Counted from the first letter of the stretch, positions 1-10,102 are shown. The stretch: DNA of 64,000 nucleotides from Promethearchaeati archaeon SRVP18_Atabeyarchaeia-1 (GCA_037308085.1 CP147779.1:1792001-1856000), one strand, 5' to 3'. Notes: a model not told the origin generated them from the letters alone. Made by a program: numbers and translations.

Positions 1-563
1 TCTTCAGTCTTTCTTCCCTCATGCAAGCCGACCGCCAGAATCAGGGCCAGCACACCTGAGAGACCGACAAGCGTGTACAGTTCGTGGTAGTCTGAAATCG
101 TGACGAGGAGGATATATCCTCCAAGTACAGGGGCAATCGCTCTGCCGATCGCCGTTGACGACGAGAAGGTTGCGATCTTTTCACCCCTGCTCCCAGGATA
201 CCTCTCGACAATCGCAGCATTCGCCACTGGAACAAGGATCGCAGTGGCAAAGCCGTGATAGAATCTTACCAGGATCAATTGATACGGATCAACAACGAGC
301 AAGTATAGAAAGGGAGCTGTGGCAAATATCACGCCAGCGAAGACAATCACTTTGCCTCTCCCCAATCGGTCCGATAGTAACCCGGCTGGAAGGCTGACCA
401 GTATGCCAGGGATGGTTGAGGCAGCTGCGACAAATCCCATTAGGTACGCGGGTGTCCCTAAGCTTGCTGCGAATGGGTTGAGAACGGGGGTCTTTGACAT
501 CGTTGAGCTGAGAATAGCGAAGAGCCCCATAATGCAGATGGTTAGGAAAAAACGTCTTGGCAT
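1..563 (-). CDS. MFS transporter (partial, runs off the left edge)
   Basis: Not in the ORF track; read by hand from ATG at 563: MPRRFFLTICIMGLFAILSSTMSKTPVLNPFAASLG...LPAGLLSDRLGRGKVIV (MFS motif A, GxLSDRxGR), several TM helices. Confidence 0.85.
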   Translation of the reverse strand, partial: MPRRFFLTICIMGLFAILSSTMSKTPVLNPFAASLGTPAYLMGFVAAASTIPGILVSLPAGLLSDRLGRGKVIVFAGVIFATAPFLYLLVVDPYQLILVRFYHGFATAILVPVANAAIVERYPGSRGEKIATFSSSTAIGRAIAPVLGGYILLVTISDYHELYTLVGLSGVLALILAVGLHEGRKTE

Positions 564-594
564 GGTCGATCTGCCCTCAGGCTGTGAGGTCCAA

Positions 595-1188
595 TCAACC
601 TGTTTGTTGGCTGGTTTTATAGGTCTTCCTTGAGTATCCAGCCTTCCCAAGACACTCCCCGAGACTGTGATATTCCTCGGTTATTGGGTTCCAAGTTATC
701 GGCTTGAGTTTTGCGTAGTCAATATTCTTGGATTCGCCCAGCAGTCTATCATCGACATTGACATTAACCACCTCTCCTACGAAAACATCATGCGAGCCAA
801 ACCTCATAATATCCTTCACCCTGCATTCGAGGCTTACAGGGCACTCGCCTATTATTGGGGGCATCACTTTTTTCGCTTCCATGGGCGTCAGTTTCGTTAC
901 TTTGAACTTGTCTACACTTCTGCCGGATACGATACCACAGTAGTCGGTTTCTCTCACTATGTCTACCGTTGGAATGTTGATGACGTATTCTCTTGTCGTG
1001 GTTATTAGCCCATGCGAGTATCGCGAAGGTCTAACAGATATGCTCACGCGAGGAGGATTGCCAGACAGGATTCCGCTCGCTGCGAGGGTGCAGATGTTAG
1101 GTTTCCCCTTCTCATCCACCGATGTGGCTAAGACCACAGGTGTCGGATATAGAATCGTGGCAGGTTTCAAATCCTTTCTAGATGACAT
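595..1188 (-). CDS. Flavin reductase-like / flavoredoxin family FMN-binding protein
   Basis: LYPTPVVL, GKPN, EYVINIP, DYCGIVSGRSVDKF, PPIIGECPVSLECRV, GSHDVFVGEV motifs. Confidence 0.9.
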   Translation of the reverse strand: MSSRKDLKPATILYPTPVVLATSVDEKGKPNICTLAASGILSGNPPRVSISVRPSRYSHGLITTTREYVINIPTVDIVRETDYCGIVSGRSVDKFKVTKLTPMEAKKVMPPIIGECPVSLECRVKDIMRFGSHDVFVGEVVNVNVDDRLLGESKNIDYAKLKPITWNPITEEYHSLGECLGKAGYSRKTYKTSQQTG

Positions 1189-1326
1189 TGATCAAACCTC
1201 TTGAGGTTTCTTTGACAATTGAATAGTCCGATGCTGCGAATATTGATTTGCAGTCACTTATCGCTCCTCGGGAAACGGGAGCGCACGCCCAATTATCTAT
1301 TGGGCAGGATTAACCAAAAAGAATAG

Positions 1327-1337
1327 AAAAAAAGGGG
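1327..1337 (-). terminator. Putative archaeal oligo-U terminator (CCCC-T7 on the minus strand)
   Basis: Downstream of the 1373..1726 gene; a similar CCC-T(5-7) motif follows several other genes in the window. Confidence 0.4.
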
Positions 1338-1372
1338 CTTATTATCTATTACGGTTATTCGCTGAGTATGAT

Positions 1373-1726
1373 CTACTGCTCCTCTTCGCTTTCATCAGTC
1401 TCTTTGGTCTCTTCCTTCTCTTGAGGCTCTTCACTTGCTTCCACAGTCTCTGGCTCATCTGCCTTCGTTGCTCTTCTTCCAAATGCCTTGCTTGTCGCTT
1501 CGCTGAATTTCTTTCCTGTTACGTTGACTCTTTCGCCTAGTTTCTTTGTTGCATCAGTTGCTGCAACGCTAAATTTCTTTCCAGTATCGGTAGCTCTCTC
1601 TCCGAACTTTTTTACTGCTTCGCTAGTCTTCCTTCCCGCCTCACCTACAGCATCACTTGCTTTCTTTCCCGCCGCCTTGGCTTTGTCGGAGACATCTTTT
1701 GTTTTTTTCTTCAGGTTTTCACTCAT
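1373..1726 (-). CDS. Small protein with 11-mer amphipathic repeats and an acidic tail (LEA/synuclein-like architecture)
   Basis: GGAGGG RBS upstream; 11-residue periodicity (AAGKKASDAVG/EAGRKTSEAVK/KFGERATDTGK/KFSVAATDATK/KLGERVNVTGK); Glu-rich C-terminus. Confidence 0.75.
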   Translation of the reverse strand: MSENLKKKTKDVSDKAKAAGKKASDAVGEAGRKTSEAVKKFGERATDTGKKFSVAATDATKKLGERVNVTGKKFSEATSKAFGRRATKADEPETVEASEEPQEKEETKETDESEEEQ

Positions 1727-1993
1727 TTTCGTTTCCCTCCAAACTTCTTAGGTAGTCATAAACAGATAAGGATATCGTGGACGAATCAGAGAGGATGGTT
1801 CGATTCAGACTGTGTAGGCTCGGGCTAGGCTGAGGAAAGAACATGTCCATTGGATGTTGCACCGAATATGCAGAAAAAGTCGATAAGAGAGTCCGAGGTT
1901 GAAGCGGCGGTTCTCGGGTGGGTTTTCGCTCGAAGACTATTGACCAGCTTGCCAGAATTCACTCGCAATTCTTGGATGGGAGTGGGCGGTGGG

Positions 1994-2563
1994 TCACTTC
2001 TTCATTGAGAAGCCGATTAAGCCCAAGGATTCACCTACGCTGAGGTAGTTTCCCGTCATTGGATTCCAAGTTATGGCTTTCAGTCTTTTGAAATCGATTT
2101 TTCCTCTTTGATCCAAGACATTCTCGGAGACGTCAATGTTAACTACCTCCCCGACAAATAGGTCGTGAGACCCCAGCGCTATGATATTCCTGACCTTGCA
2201 TTCGATGCTCACCGGACATTCTGCTATTATTGGAGGCTTTACTTTCTTCGCCTTGATGGCTGTTAGCTTGGTATCCCTAAACTTGTCAGAGTTTCTGCCC
2301 GAGACCATGCCACAGTAGTCGGCCTCTCTCACGATGTCAGCTGTAGGTATGTTGACCACGTATTCCCCTGTCTTCCGTATTAACCCATTAGAGTAGCGTG
2401 GAGGTCCCACGGAGATTCCAACCTGTGGAGGATTTGAGCATATGTTTCCAGCCCACGCTAGTGTGATTATGTTGGGCTTGCCTCCTTCGTCTATGGACGT
2501 GACCAGGACTACGGGGGTTGGATAAAGAGCGGTGGATGGCTTCAACTCTTTTCTTGTAGACAT
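1994..2563 (-). CDS. Flavin reductase-like / flavoredoxin family protein (paralog of 595..1188)
   Basis: Same motifs and collinear with 595..1188 along its full length. Confidence 0.9.
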   Translation of the reverse strand: MSTRKELKPSTALYPTPVVLVTSIDEGGKPNIITLAWAGNICSNPPQVGISVGPPRYSNGLIRKTGEYVVNIPTADIVREADYCGMVSGRNSDKFRDTKLTAIKAKKVKPPIIAECPVSIECKVRNIIALGSHDLFVGEVVNIDVSENVLDQRGKIDFKRLKAITWNPMTGNYLSVGESLGLIGFSMKK

Positions 2564-2926
2564 CGATATTCCCCTTTCAATTCGGTTAGGTTAATGCTGA
2601 TTAGTTGAGAACTAATTTGCTTATGAGTGCTTGATCTATAAGAGGTCTCCTAGTAACAGAAGCCGTTTGTCTTGGAGGTTTCTGGATGCTGGAACTCTTC
2701 TATTTTTCCCGCCTTTGTGCAGACTAGATCATGCTTTCATTTCGGCTTCCGTTTCCTCGCTGGGTGGATTCAACGTTATATACTACAGGATCATACTCTG
2801 TATTGTCGCTGACAGTTATCGTCGTTGGCGCTGACTTGATGTTGAGTGCGCTTATTGGGTTCTCGATCGTCCCCTTCTGACCTTGTATTAGAATCCGTCG
2901 CGTCAAACTGTGGTGGCTAGGCAGAC

Positions 2927-3616
2927 ATGGTTCCAAATCTTGGTGAGCTGGCAAGCGAGCAAATTGACTTGCAAGGCAAGAGAACAAGGAGGGGACGGAT
3001 AAAGTATCGGAAGCTCTTCTCGAGGCGCTCAAAGAAGAAGAGACCAGAAACGATAGTCGGGGACATCAGAGCAGATAGCGGGGCCGAGGCCAAGGTAATC
3101 ACATGGCTGAAAGAGCACGATTTGGTTTTCGAAGCCCATGGGGCGATCCCACATTCAAGAAGGAAAGTCGATGCGAACAAGTTGGTTGAGGAAATTCTGT
3201 CTGGCTTCTCATCAGAGAGGAGGGAGCTCTTGGCGTCGAAGTTGAAATTGAAGAAGATCGAGAACAACAGGTCTATTGGTCGATATGATTTCAAGGTCGA
3301 AGGAACTAGCAGGAGCAATGGGAAACACGAAGTCTATTACATAGAGTATTGGGGATTGTACAATCCGAATGTGGAAGTCACCAAGGATAGTCTCAGGAAG
3401 TTGTACAATCGGCTACTGGTCAACTATACCCTAATCAAGAAGCCGCTGAAAGAGAAATACTACCGTGCAATTGGGCTCAACTTGATCTCGTTGACTAGAG
3501 CCAACTTGAAGAAGAAGTCTCTCGACGAGAAGCTTGGTTGCCTCCTGGATCTGGATCAGAACCACCTTATTTCAAAGTTCATGAGCAAAGAGAATGTTCC
3601 AGTCAAGAAAGAATAA
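2927..3616 (+). CDS. Hypothetical protein, probable PD-(D/E)xK-like nuclease fold
   Basis: S..E..V..WL, YDFKV, YYIEYWGL, K.KYY...GLNLISL pattern. Confidence 0.55.
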   Translation: MVPNLGELASEQIDLQGKRTRRGRIKYRKLFSRRSKKKRPETIVGDIRADSGAEAKVITWLKEHDLVFEAHGAIPHSRRKVDANKLVEEILSGFSSERRELLASKLKLKKIENNRSIGRYDFKVEGTSRSNGKHEVYYIEYWGLYNPNVEVTKDSLRKLYNRLLVNYTLIKKPLKEKYYRAIGLNLISLTRANLKKKSLDEKLGCLLDLDQNHLISKFMSKENVPVKKE

Positions 3617-3743
3617 GCTACATAAGAGAGAAAAGGAGAGATTAGAAGAGATGACAGCGGGAAGATCACGCCGAGTTCGGTCTTCTTACAGCAAGCGTGG
3701 CATGGCATGCTTCTGTATTGCATTTTAGGAGGAGAGGACAAGC

Positions 3744-4865
3744 ATGGGAATGCACGATCTTGAGACATCCGTGTTAGAGGCAAGCAAGAACATCCTGAAG
3801 ATAATCACTCATGGCGATAGAGCTCGCATACTGAGAAAAGAAGATGATGTTCTCCTTATTGGGGATCAGAGGGATCTAAGCCCCATTTATACTGAAACCT
3901 TGGCAAAGATCATCCGTGAATGGCAGAAGCAGAAGACCACGAAGGTTCATGTTCGATACTTGCCCAAACAGAGACCAGTCACTGATCTGAGACAGATTGA
4001 TCCGTCAGTAGGAACTCTGGCTGCCAAGGCGGACATCATAATAGGCACCTACTCGAACCCGGGTGAGGCGATCGTCAATCAGGAATCGCCAATACTCAAC
4101 AAAGCTTTCTTTTCTACGATTTTTGATAGAATGCGGAAGGACAACATACGGCTCTACGCTGTTGCGGGAAGACCTAACTTGCGCGTATTGGAAACACTCG
4201 CAAACAGTGACGCCATTGAAGAGACCAATGCGTTGTCAAAGCAGCTTAAGCGCTACCTTCAACATAAGTCAGACGAAAAGATGCAGGTTTACACTCTGAA
4301 AGAGGGAAGGTACGGCGATCCGCTGGAATTTGAGATTCCAGGACCGGAAATGGTTTCAGCCGACTACTTTGAGGCCAACGAGAATATCATTAACATCCCC
4401 TCTGGCGAAGTATTCTTTGAACCGGCTCCGGGTACAGCGAGTGGGAAAATCTACTTCAAGGAGGGAAGCTACTACCACTTGTTTGTTCCGATCAAGGGAA
4501 TGGTTATACTAGAGTTCAAGGATGGCGAGGTTGCCGATTGCCGAAGCCTCGGGCAAAAAGACGATGAGGTACTCAAATTCATGACGAAGCACTTTGAAAC
4601 AAAGGAAAACAGGCATTTGGCTGAAATGGGAATAGGCACATACATAGCGGCATCAAAGATCCCGATGGAGGACATGATCTACAACAGGACCATTCTGGAG
4701 AAGCTTCAAGGGTTCCATATAGCGTATGGGAGTTCTATTCACATAAAGGGAAAGCACGATGCTCCGGAGCACATAGACAACTGGGTCAAATACGGCGATG
4801 TCTACATCGGCGAAGATCACCTGATCTCGAAGGGCAAAGTAAACACGAGGCTACTTGGCGACTGA
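3744..4865 (+). CDS. Aminopeptidase, M29 / thermophilic metalloprotease-like
   Basis: NIPSGEVF, LAEMGIGT, EKLQGFHIAYG, HID metal-ligand motifs. Confidence 0.75.
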   Translation: MGMHDLETSVLEASKNILKIITHGDRARILRKEDDVLLIGDQRDLSPIYTETLAKIIREWQKQKTTKVHVRYLPKQRPVTDLRQIDPSVGTLAAKADIIIGTYSNPGEAIVNQESPILNKAFFSTIFDRMRKDNIRLYAVAGRPNLRVLETLANSDAIEETNALSKQLKRYLQHKSDEKMQVYTLKEGRYGDPLEFEIPGPEMVSADYFEANENIINIPSGEVFFEPAPGTASGKIYFKEGSYYHLFVPIKGMVILEFKDGEVADCRSLGQKDDEVLKFMTKHFETKENRHLAEMGIGTYIAASKIPMEDMIYNRTILEKLQGFHIAYGSSIHIKGKHDAPEHIDNWVKYGDVYIGEDHLISKGKVNTRLLGD

Positions 4866-4972
4866 TAGCGACCTAACACTTCTCTTTAGCTTGCGAGTGA
4901 TTAAGCTCCTTGCAGATACTCTTATCACTGACCAAGAGAATACCCCACTCTTCACAAGGAAGTGAGAACTAC

Positions 4973-5773
4973 TTGTCTCAGTCGCGGCAGTCGAGTTATG
5001 GTTACGATGCCATTCAAAGACATCAGGCCATCGAAAAGATGGTCGTGCGCATGAACCAGGAAGACCAGCAAGAAAAGAAGTATTACCGGATCAGGCCCGC
5101 AAGATGGTATGGTGGCATTGTGACCGCTGATTGTAGTGGTTGTGGCTTGCTCTGCAAGTTCTGCTGGGTTGCAGATGAGGTGATGTCTAACCCCGCTAGT
5201 GTGGGACGATTCTACACGCCTAGAAGAATCGCAGATGAGATCCTTGTCATAGCTAAAAAGCGAAAGCTAGACCAAATCAGAGTAAGTGGAGGGGAACCCA
5301 CAATCGGGAAACCTCACCTACTACAACTCTTGAGACGCATAGAAGGCTATGGGAAGAAATTCATCTTAGAGACTAATGGCATCCCTATCGCGGCTGACAA
5401 AGAGTACGCCGAAAATCTGTCAGACTACCGCAGTTTCCTCCACGTGAGAGTCTCCCTGAAAGGATGCGACGAGGAAGAATTTTCCATTTTGACAGGGGCG
5501 CGACCTGAGCAATTCCAACTTCAACTGAAGGCCCTCGAGTACCTTGTTGAGGCAAGGGTCGAATGCCACCCCTCCGTTATGACATCATTCTCTACAACGG
5601 AGAGCTATAACGCTCTGAATAGAAGACTCAAGAACATGGACCCGCTGCTGGCTCAGAACACCGAGATCGAGGAGCTAATACTCTATCCCCACGTCGTGAA
5701 AAGGCTCAAGAAGTATGGCCTGGCTTACAGCATTGGTCACAGGCCTGACCAGGTTCCGCTCGATCAGATTTGA
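4973..5773 (+). CDS. Archaeal radical SAM protein
   Basis: CSGCGLLCKFC (CxxxCxxC), RVSGGEPT, FILETNG; start probably TTG at 4973 (track start 4910). Confidence 0.85.
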   Translation: MSQSRQSSYGYDAIQRHQAIEKMVVRMNQEDQQEKKYYRIRPARWYGGIVTADCSGCGLLCKFCWVADEVMSNPASVGRFYTPRRIADEILVIAKKRKLDQIRVSGGEPTIGKPHLLQLLRRIEGYGKKFILETNGIPIAADKEYAENLSDYRSFLHVRVSLKGCDEEEFSILTGARPEQFQLQLKALEYLVEARVECHPSVMTSFSTTESYNALNRRLKNMDPLLAQNTEIEELILYPHVVKRLKKYGLAYSIGHRPDQVPLDQI

Positions 5774-5881
5774 AGCTACACTAGCAGAAAAACGTTTTAT
5801 AGTACTGATTGTCTAGAATCGTCCGTTGCGCATTGCGATTGACTCAAAGCATATCTGGGCTATTCGCCGATCAAGAGGATT

Positions 5882-6907
5882 TTGACCATGGACGTAATTG
5901 AGGAAGGCAATGGCGAAATATGGTCGAAGCACGACCCGGAGGAGCACCGCAGATGGGTACAAGACAAGAAGAACAGGTCACTTCAAGATAGAACTATGAG
6001 CATCAAGGATGCGGTCTCCAAATACGTTGGTGACGGAGAGTACCTAGCGATGGGTGGCTTCGGTCATGTCCGAGTCTCTATGTCCGCAATATACGAAATG
6101 ATAAGGCAACACAAGTCAAACCTCACTATGGCGGGTAAGACTGCCGTCCACGACATAGAGATCCTCGTGGCAGGTGGATGCATAAAGCGTGTCGACAGGG
6201 CTTACTCGGGCGGGCATGAAGTGAGAGGACTTTCACCAGCCTTCAGAAGAGCAGCAGAATCCGGCGAGATAAAGATCCAAGAGTGGAGTAACGCATCCTT
6301 CCAGTGGAGATTTAGAGCCGCCGCGATGGGGATCCCGTTCATGCCCACGCGCATACTGATGGGAACGGACACATTCAAGTACAGTGCGGCAAAGGTCGTG
6401 AAGGATCCTTTTACTGGGATGAAGGTGGCGCTCCTCCCTGCCTGCTATCCAGATATTGTCTTCATCCACGTTCACAGGTGCGATGTATATGGGAACTGCC
6501 AGATTGATGGAATTACCATAGAGGATGTAGACCTATCAAGGGCCGCACGCAAACTCGTGGTGACAACCGAGAAGATAATTGACAATAGCGAAATTAGAAG
6601 GGAGCCTTGGAGAACCAGCATCCCCTACTATTATGTTGACGCGGTCTGTGAAGTTCCCTACGGCTCGCACCCTGGAAATATGCCCTATGAGTACTACTTC
6701 GACGAAGAACACATTGGAATGTATCTAAAGGTCGCTAAGACTGCGGAGGGCGCAAAGGAGTACATCGCCAAGTATGTACTTGGCGTCAAGGACTTCGAAG
6801 AGTATCTTGACCTAGTTGGAGGAACGAAGAAGCTCGCCTACCTCCGACGAGTGGAACAACTAAGAGAACGCCTCAAGGCACCTTGGGCGGAGGAAAAAGA
6901 GCGGTGA
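5882..6907 (+). CDS. CoA-transferase subunit A (glutaconate CoA-transferase-like)
   Basis: MGGFG, WRFRAAAMGIPFMP, PDIVFIHVHRCDVYGN, PYGSHP motifs. Confidence 0.88.
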   Translation: MTMDVIEEGNGEIWSKHDPEEHRRWVQDKKNRSLQDRTMSIKDAVSKYVGDGEYLAMGGFGHVRVSMSAIYEMIRQHKSNLTMAGKTAVHDIEILVAGGCIKRVDRAYSGGHEVRGLSPAFRRAAESGEIKIQEWSNASFQWRFRAAAMGIPFMPTRILMGTDTFKYSAAKVVKDPFTGMKVALLPACYPDIVFIHVHRCDVYGNCQIDGITIEDVDLSRAARKLVVTTEKIIDNSEIRREPWRTSIPYYYVDAVCEVPYGSHPGNMPYEYYFDEEHIGMYLKVAKTAEGAKEYIAKYVLGVKDFEEYLDLVGGTKKLAYLRRVEQLRERLKAPWAEEKER

Positions 6908-6923
6908 AGGGAGGTGTAGACGA

Positions 6924-7724
6924 ATGAATCAAAGTGGAGAAAAAAGCAGCGACTTCACGCTGATCGAGATGATGGCGTCAGCCGGCTCAAAGATACTTGA
7001 AGACAGAAAAGTCATCGTTTGCGGCACCGGAATACCGATGCTTGCAGCTCTCCTCGCCCAGAAGACACACGCCCCAAACATCGTGATCATCTTCGAGGCT
7101 GGAGGCATAGGCCCCCAACCCCCAACCCTACCAATCTCGGTGGGAGACTCAAGAACCTTCTACAGAGCAATCCTTGCTGGGTCGATGGACGACGCCATGT
7201 CAGCCCTCCAGACGGGATACGTTGACTACGGATTTCTCGGAGTAGGTCAGATCGACAAGTACGGAAACATAAATGCAACATGCATCGGATCACATGACAG
7301 AATGAAAGTCAGCTTTCCAGGTTCGGGCGGAGCAAACGACATAGGGTCCCTCGTCTGGAAGACAATAATCGTTACTGGGCAGCACGACAAAAGAAGATTC
7401 GTGGAGAAACTCGACTTCTGCACCACCCCTGGATATCTAACTGGTCCAGGAGCTAGGGAAGCAGCTGGGCTGCCAAAAGACACTGGCCCGTATCGCGTTA
7501 TCACTAACATGGCTGTTATGGGATTCGACAAGACAACAAAGGAAATGGCTCTCCTCTCAACTCATCCTGGCGTGAGCGCGAAACAAGTTGTCGAAAACAC
7601 GGGTTTCAGGCTAAGTGTCCCGAGCAAGGTGGATGTAACCGACCCTCCGACTTGGGAAGAAGTCAGGATACTGAGAGAGGAAATTGACCCGGCGGGGATC
7701 TTTGTGAGGCGACCAAAGAAATGA
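6924..7724 (+). CDS. CoA-transferase subunit B
   Basis: GTGIP, IFEAG (catalytic Glu), QIDKYGNIN, PGSGGAND, FVEKLDF; adjacent to subunit A. Confidence 0.9.
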   Translation: MNQSGEKSSDFTLIEMMASAGSKILEDRKVIVCGTGIPMLAALLAQKTHAPNIVIIFEAGGIGPQPPTLPISVGDSRTFYRAILAGSMDDAMSALQTGYVDYGFLGVGQIDKYGNINATCIGSHDRMKVSFPGSGGANDIGSLVWKTIIVTGQHDKRRFVEKLDFCTTPGYLTGPGAREAAGLPKDTGPYRVITNMAVMGFDKTTKEMALLSTHPGVSAKQVVENTGFRLSVPSKVDVTDPPTWEEVRILREEIDPAGIFVRRPKK

Positions 7725-8060
7725 CCATGAGTCGTTGGCCACGTATGGGCAGCCAATCTTCAGCGCGTGTTTCCCCGGCCTCAAACATGGAGCGCAATTG
7801 GCCGCTGCGATTGACGTTGCATAATTCTGTATGATATAGTTACGTTACTTTGAATTCGTAACATTATTATTTCAGACCCTATAGATCAAGGCGCCCATAG
7901 GGCTGGTTATGCGCAATATTTCTTTCTAGGCGATAGGCAAACCATGCCTAAGAATACCAAGTCTAGCGAGAAACCTAGTGACATTGAGTTCTGCCAAACA
8001 TAGTCATAGTAACCCTATTGTGTGCTAGTGCCTGTCTATCCTCTTATCCGTCTCCTGGCA

Positions 8061-8783
8061 TCAAGTTCTCAGGGCACTGGGTGTCTGAGATAGTTGCCTT
8101 TTGAGTTCCTTCCTGTCCAATTGAGCACCACAAAGTGGACATTGACCATGTTTCCGCAGATATTCGAGCAGATGCGCTCTGTGAGCAGGACCTCCACAGA
8201 AGGGGCACCATGTTGCCGGATCCCTGACTCTCAACTCCTTTTTGCATATCATACAGGCACCGACAAGGGCATTATCTCTACCCTCTTTTGGCATTGTTAC
8301 AGTTCCCTCATGTCCTATGGCCGCAGCCCGGATTATCTCGCCTGCGGGTAAGCTTTCACCGCAGTTTGGGCAGAAATGGGCGTTCTCAAACCTGAGGCTG
8401 GAGCCGCAATTGCCACATTTCGGCGGAAGGCGAACAACTCTGAATCCCAGTTTGAATCTAAACGCGGCGATCAAGTATAGACTCGTTGTTGATCACAGAT
8501 ATATGCTGGGAAGAGGGTTTCCTTCGAAAAGGATGGTCGCTAAAGGACCAGTGTCTAGTAAGATATCAAGAATTCCCCAACCTAGAAACCAAGGAAAAAA
8601 GCTTAGCAGTAAGAGGTAGTATGTCTTTCCCCGAGGCAGTGTTAGTGTAGCGGCGCAATTCGGGCACTTAGATTCTCTCCCGAACCAGTTGCGCCCAACG
8701 ACTGCAACGTACACGCTACAATTCGGGCACTTCAAAAATGTTGGTGGACCCTTTGGGCTTTCTGCATAGTCCTGCACAATCAT
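8061..8783 (-). pseudogene. Membrane protein (Zn finger-2TM-zinc ribbon-RING-like finger) interrupted by one in-frame TGA at 8493-8495
   Basis: ORFs 8493..8783 and 8061..8474 are in the same frame (...PSIYL-TGA-STTSLYLIAAF...); C-terminal CMIC-x12-CPFC-x4-H-x2-H-x10-CPLC. Confidence 0.6.
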
Positions 8784-9426
8784 CCCCCTCCGATGACATT
8801 GCAGCCACTCTGTCTATTAATCTTGCCTGCCATCAGGGGTGAGACCGCCTCTCCTGTTCGGTGAGTTACATGAAGCGTCCTCGATTGCTTGTTCATATGT
8901 GATTCCCGGTATCCAGTTGCAGGCGATGCTATAGTCACAGGGTGGCTCATATCTTACACCTAGAAGCCTGCCTTACCCGTACCCGACTACGTCAAAGCTG
9001 TCTTGGGGTCCTCATGCTCCTCGAAATAGTCACTAACCTTATCACCTTACATCAGTTCCGCCTGCGCAGACTCTTCGACTTTCCTAAGGTCAATCTGTAC
9101 AGCTCCGGGTTCGGGGTGCCGACTGAGAAAACGGAGATGCGACGAAGTTATGATAACCTGGGTCAGTTTTCTGCTGAAGTCCTCCCCCGCTTTTCCCGAA
9201 CAGAGATTCTTGTGGACCTTTTTAATACTATTATTGTGAAGAATAGGAAAATCGTTGCGAGCATCGCAGAAAAATAGGGTGGTCCACATAAGCTTTAATA
9301 ACGGAAACATTGCCTTAACTCCTCTCAGAGAGGCGGCACTGCACCGCATCTCGCAGATTCACGTTACTGGCAAATGGGGTAAGGTAGAGTCGCCTTCTGC
9401 AGAAATTAGAAAGATGGGTGTAGATA

Positions 9427-9810
9427 ATGCCGGAAGTTAAGAGCTTAAGGAAGCAACTTGAAGAAGTTCTGAAGAGCATGGAGGAAGCTGACCCAGATAT
9501 AGAAGGATCCGCACTCGTCAGAACCGATGGCCTCGTCATGGCCTCGGCTATCCACAAGGACGCAGACGAATCACTCATAGCTGCGATGTCAGCAGCTCTG
9601 CTGAACATTGGCTCCAGATCAGTCTCCGAGCTAGAGCGTGGCGCCTTGGATAAAGTCATCGTAAGCGGAACAAGGGGCGACGTGGTTCTAAGTGGGGTGG
9701 GTGGAGAGGCAGTTCTCTCAACCATAACGAGACCGGGAGCGAACTTGGGACTCGTCCTCGTCGAAATGAAGAGAACCGCCGGGAAGCTCGGTACGACCCT
9801 CAAGGGTTAG
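9427..9810 (+). CDS. Roadblock/LC7 domain protein
   Basis: IEGSALVRTDGLVMAS, IAAMSAALL, ELERGAL, ANLGLVLVEM. Confidence 0.93.
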   Translation: MPEVKSLRKQLEEVLKSMEEADPDIEGSALVRTDGLVMASAIHKDADESLIAAMSAALLNIGSRSVSELERGALDKVIVSGTRGDVVLSGVGGEAVLSTITRPGANLGLVLVEMKRTAGKLGTTLKG

Positions 9811-10011
9811 AACTTTGTATACGCAACACACTGCAAGAAAGCCGATTCTCCAAAAGGGCTCATCGGCTATTGCATTACCTTGTGCTCTTCACATTTTCCA
9901 GTCCCTAGTGAGTAGTGTTTCCCTTACTTTTGCCTCGGGGATCACCCCAAATCATTTGCTAGACGCGGGTTTTCTGACGTGAATGCAACGGTCTCTCCAA
10001 CTTGTTCGTTT

Positions 10012-10059
10012 TGTTACCAAATAGTAACACTTATATGCCATATGTTACCAAATAGTAAC
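10012..10059 (+). promoter_or_regulatory. Tandem palindromic operators flanking a TATA box upstream of the sHSP gene
   Basis: Exact 17-bp repeat TGTTACCAAATAGTAAC at 10012-10028 and 10043-10059 (GTTAC-N6-GTAAC dyad); TTATAT at 10031-10036 between them. Confidence 0.7.
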
Positions 10060-10102
10060 TATAGATTAGAGGCATATACAAATTGAGCCTCCACTCTGGG
10101 GC

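Noticed and set aside
8942-9349. ORFs 8942..9277 (+) and 9047..9349 (-)
   Set aside because: No recognisable motifs; they overlap the roadblock promoter region; possibly decayed sequence, but unsupported
10012-10059. 17-bp direct repeat as a mini CRISPR array
   Set aside because: Only two short units with a 14-bp spacer and no cas genes; better explained as operators
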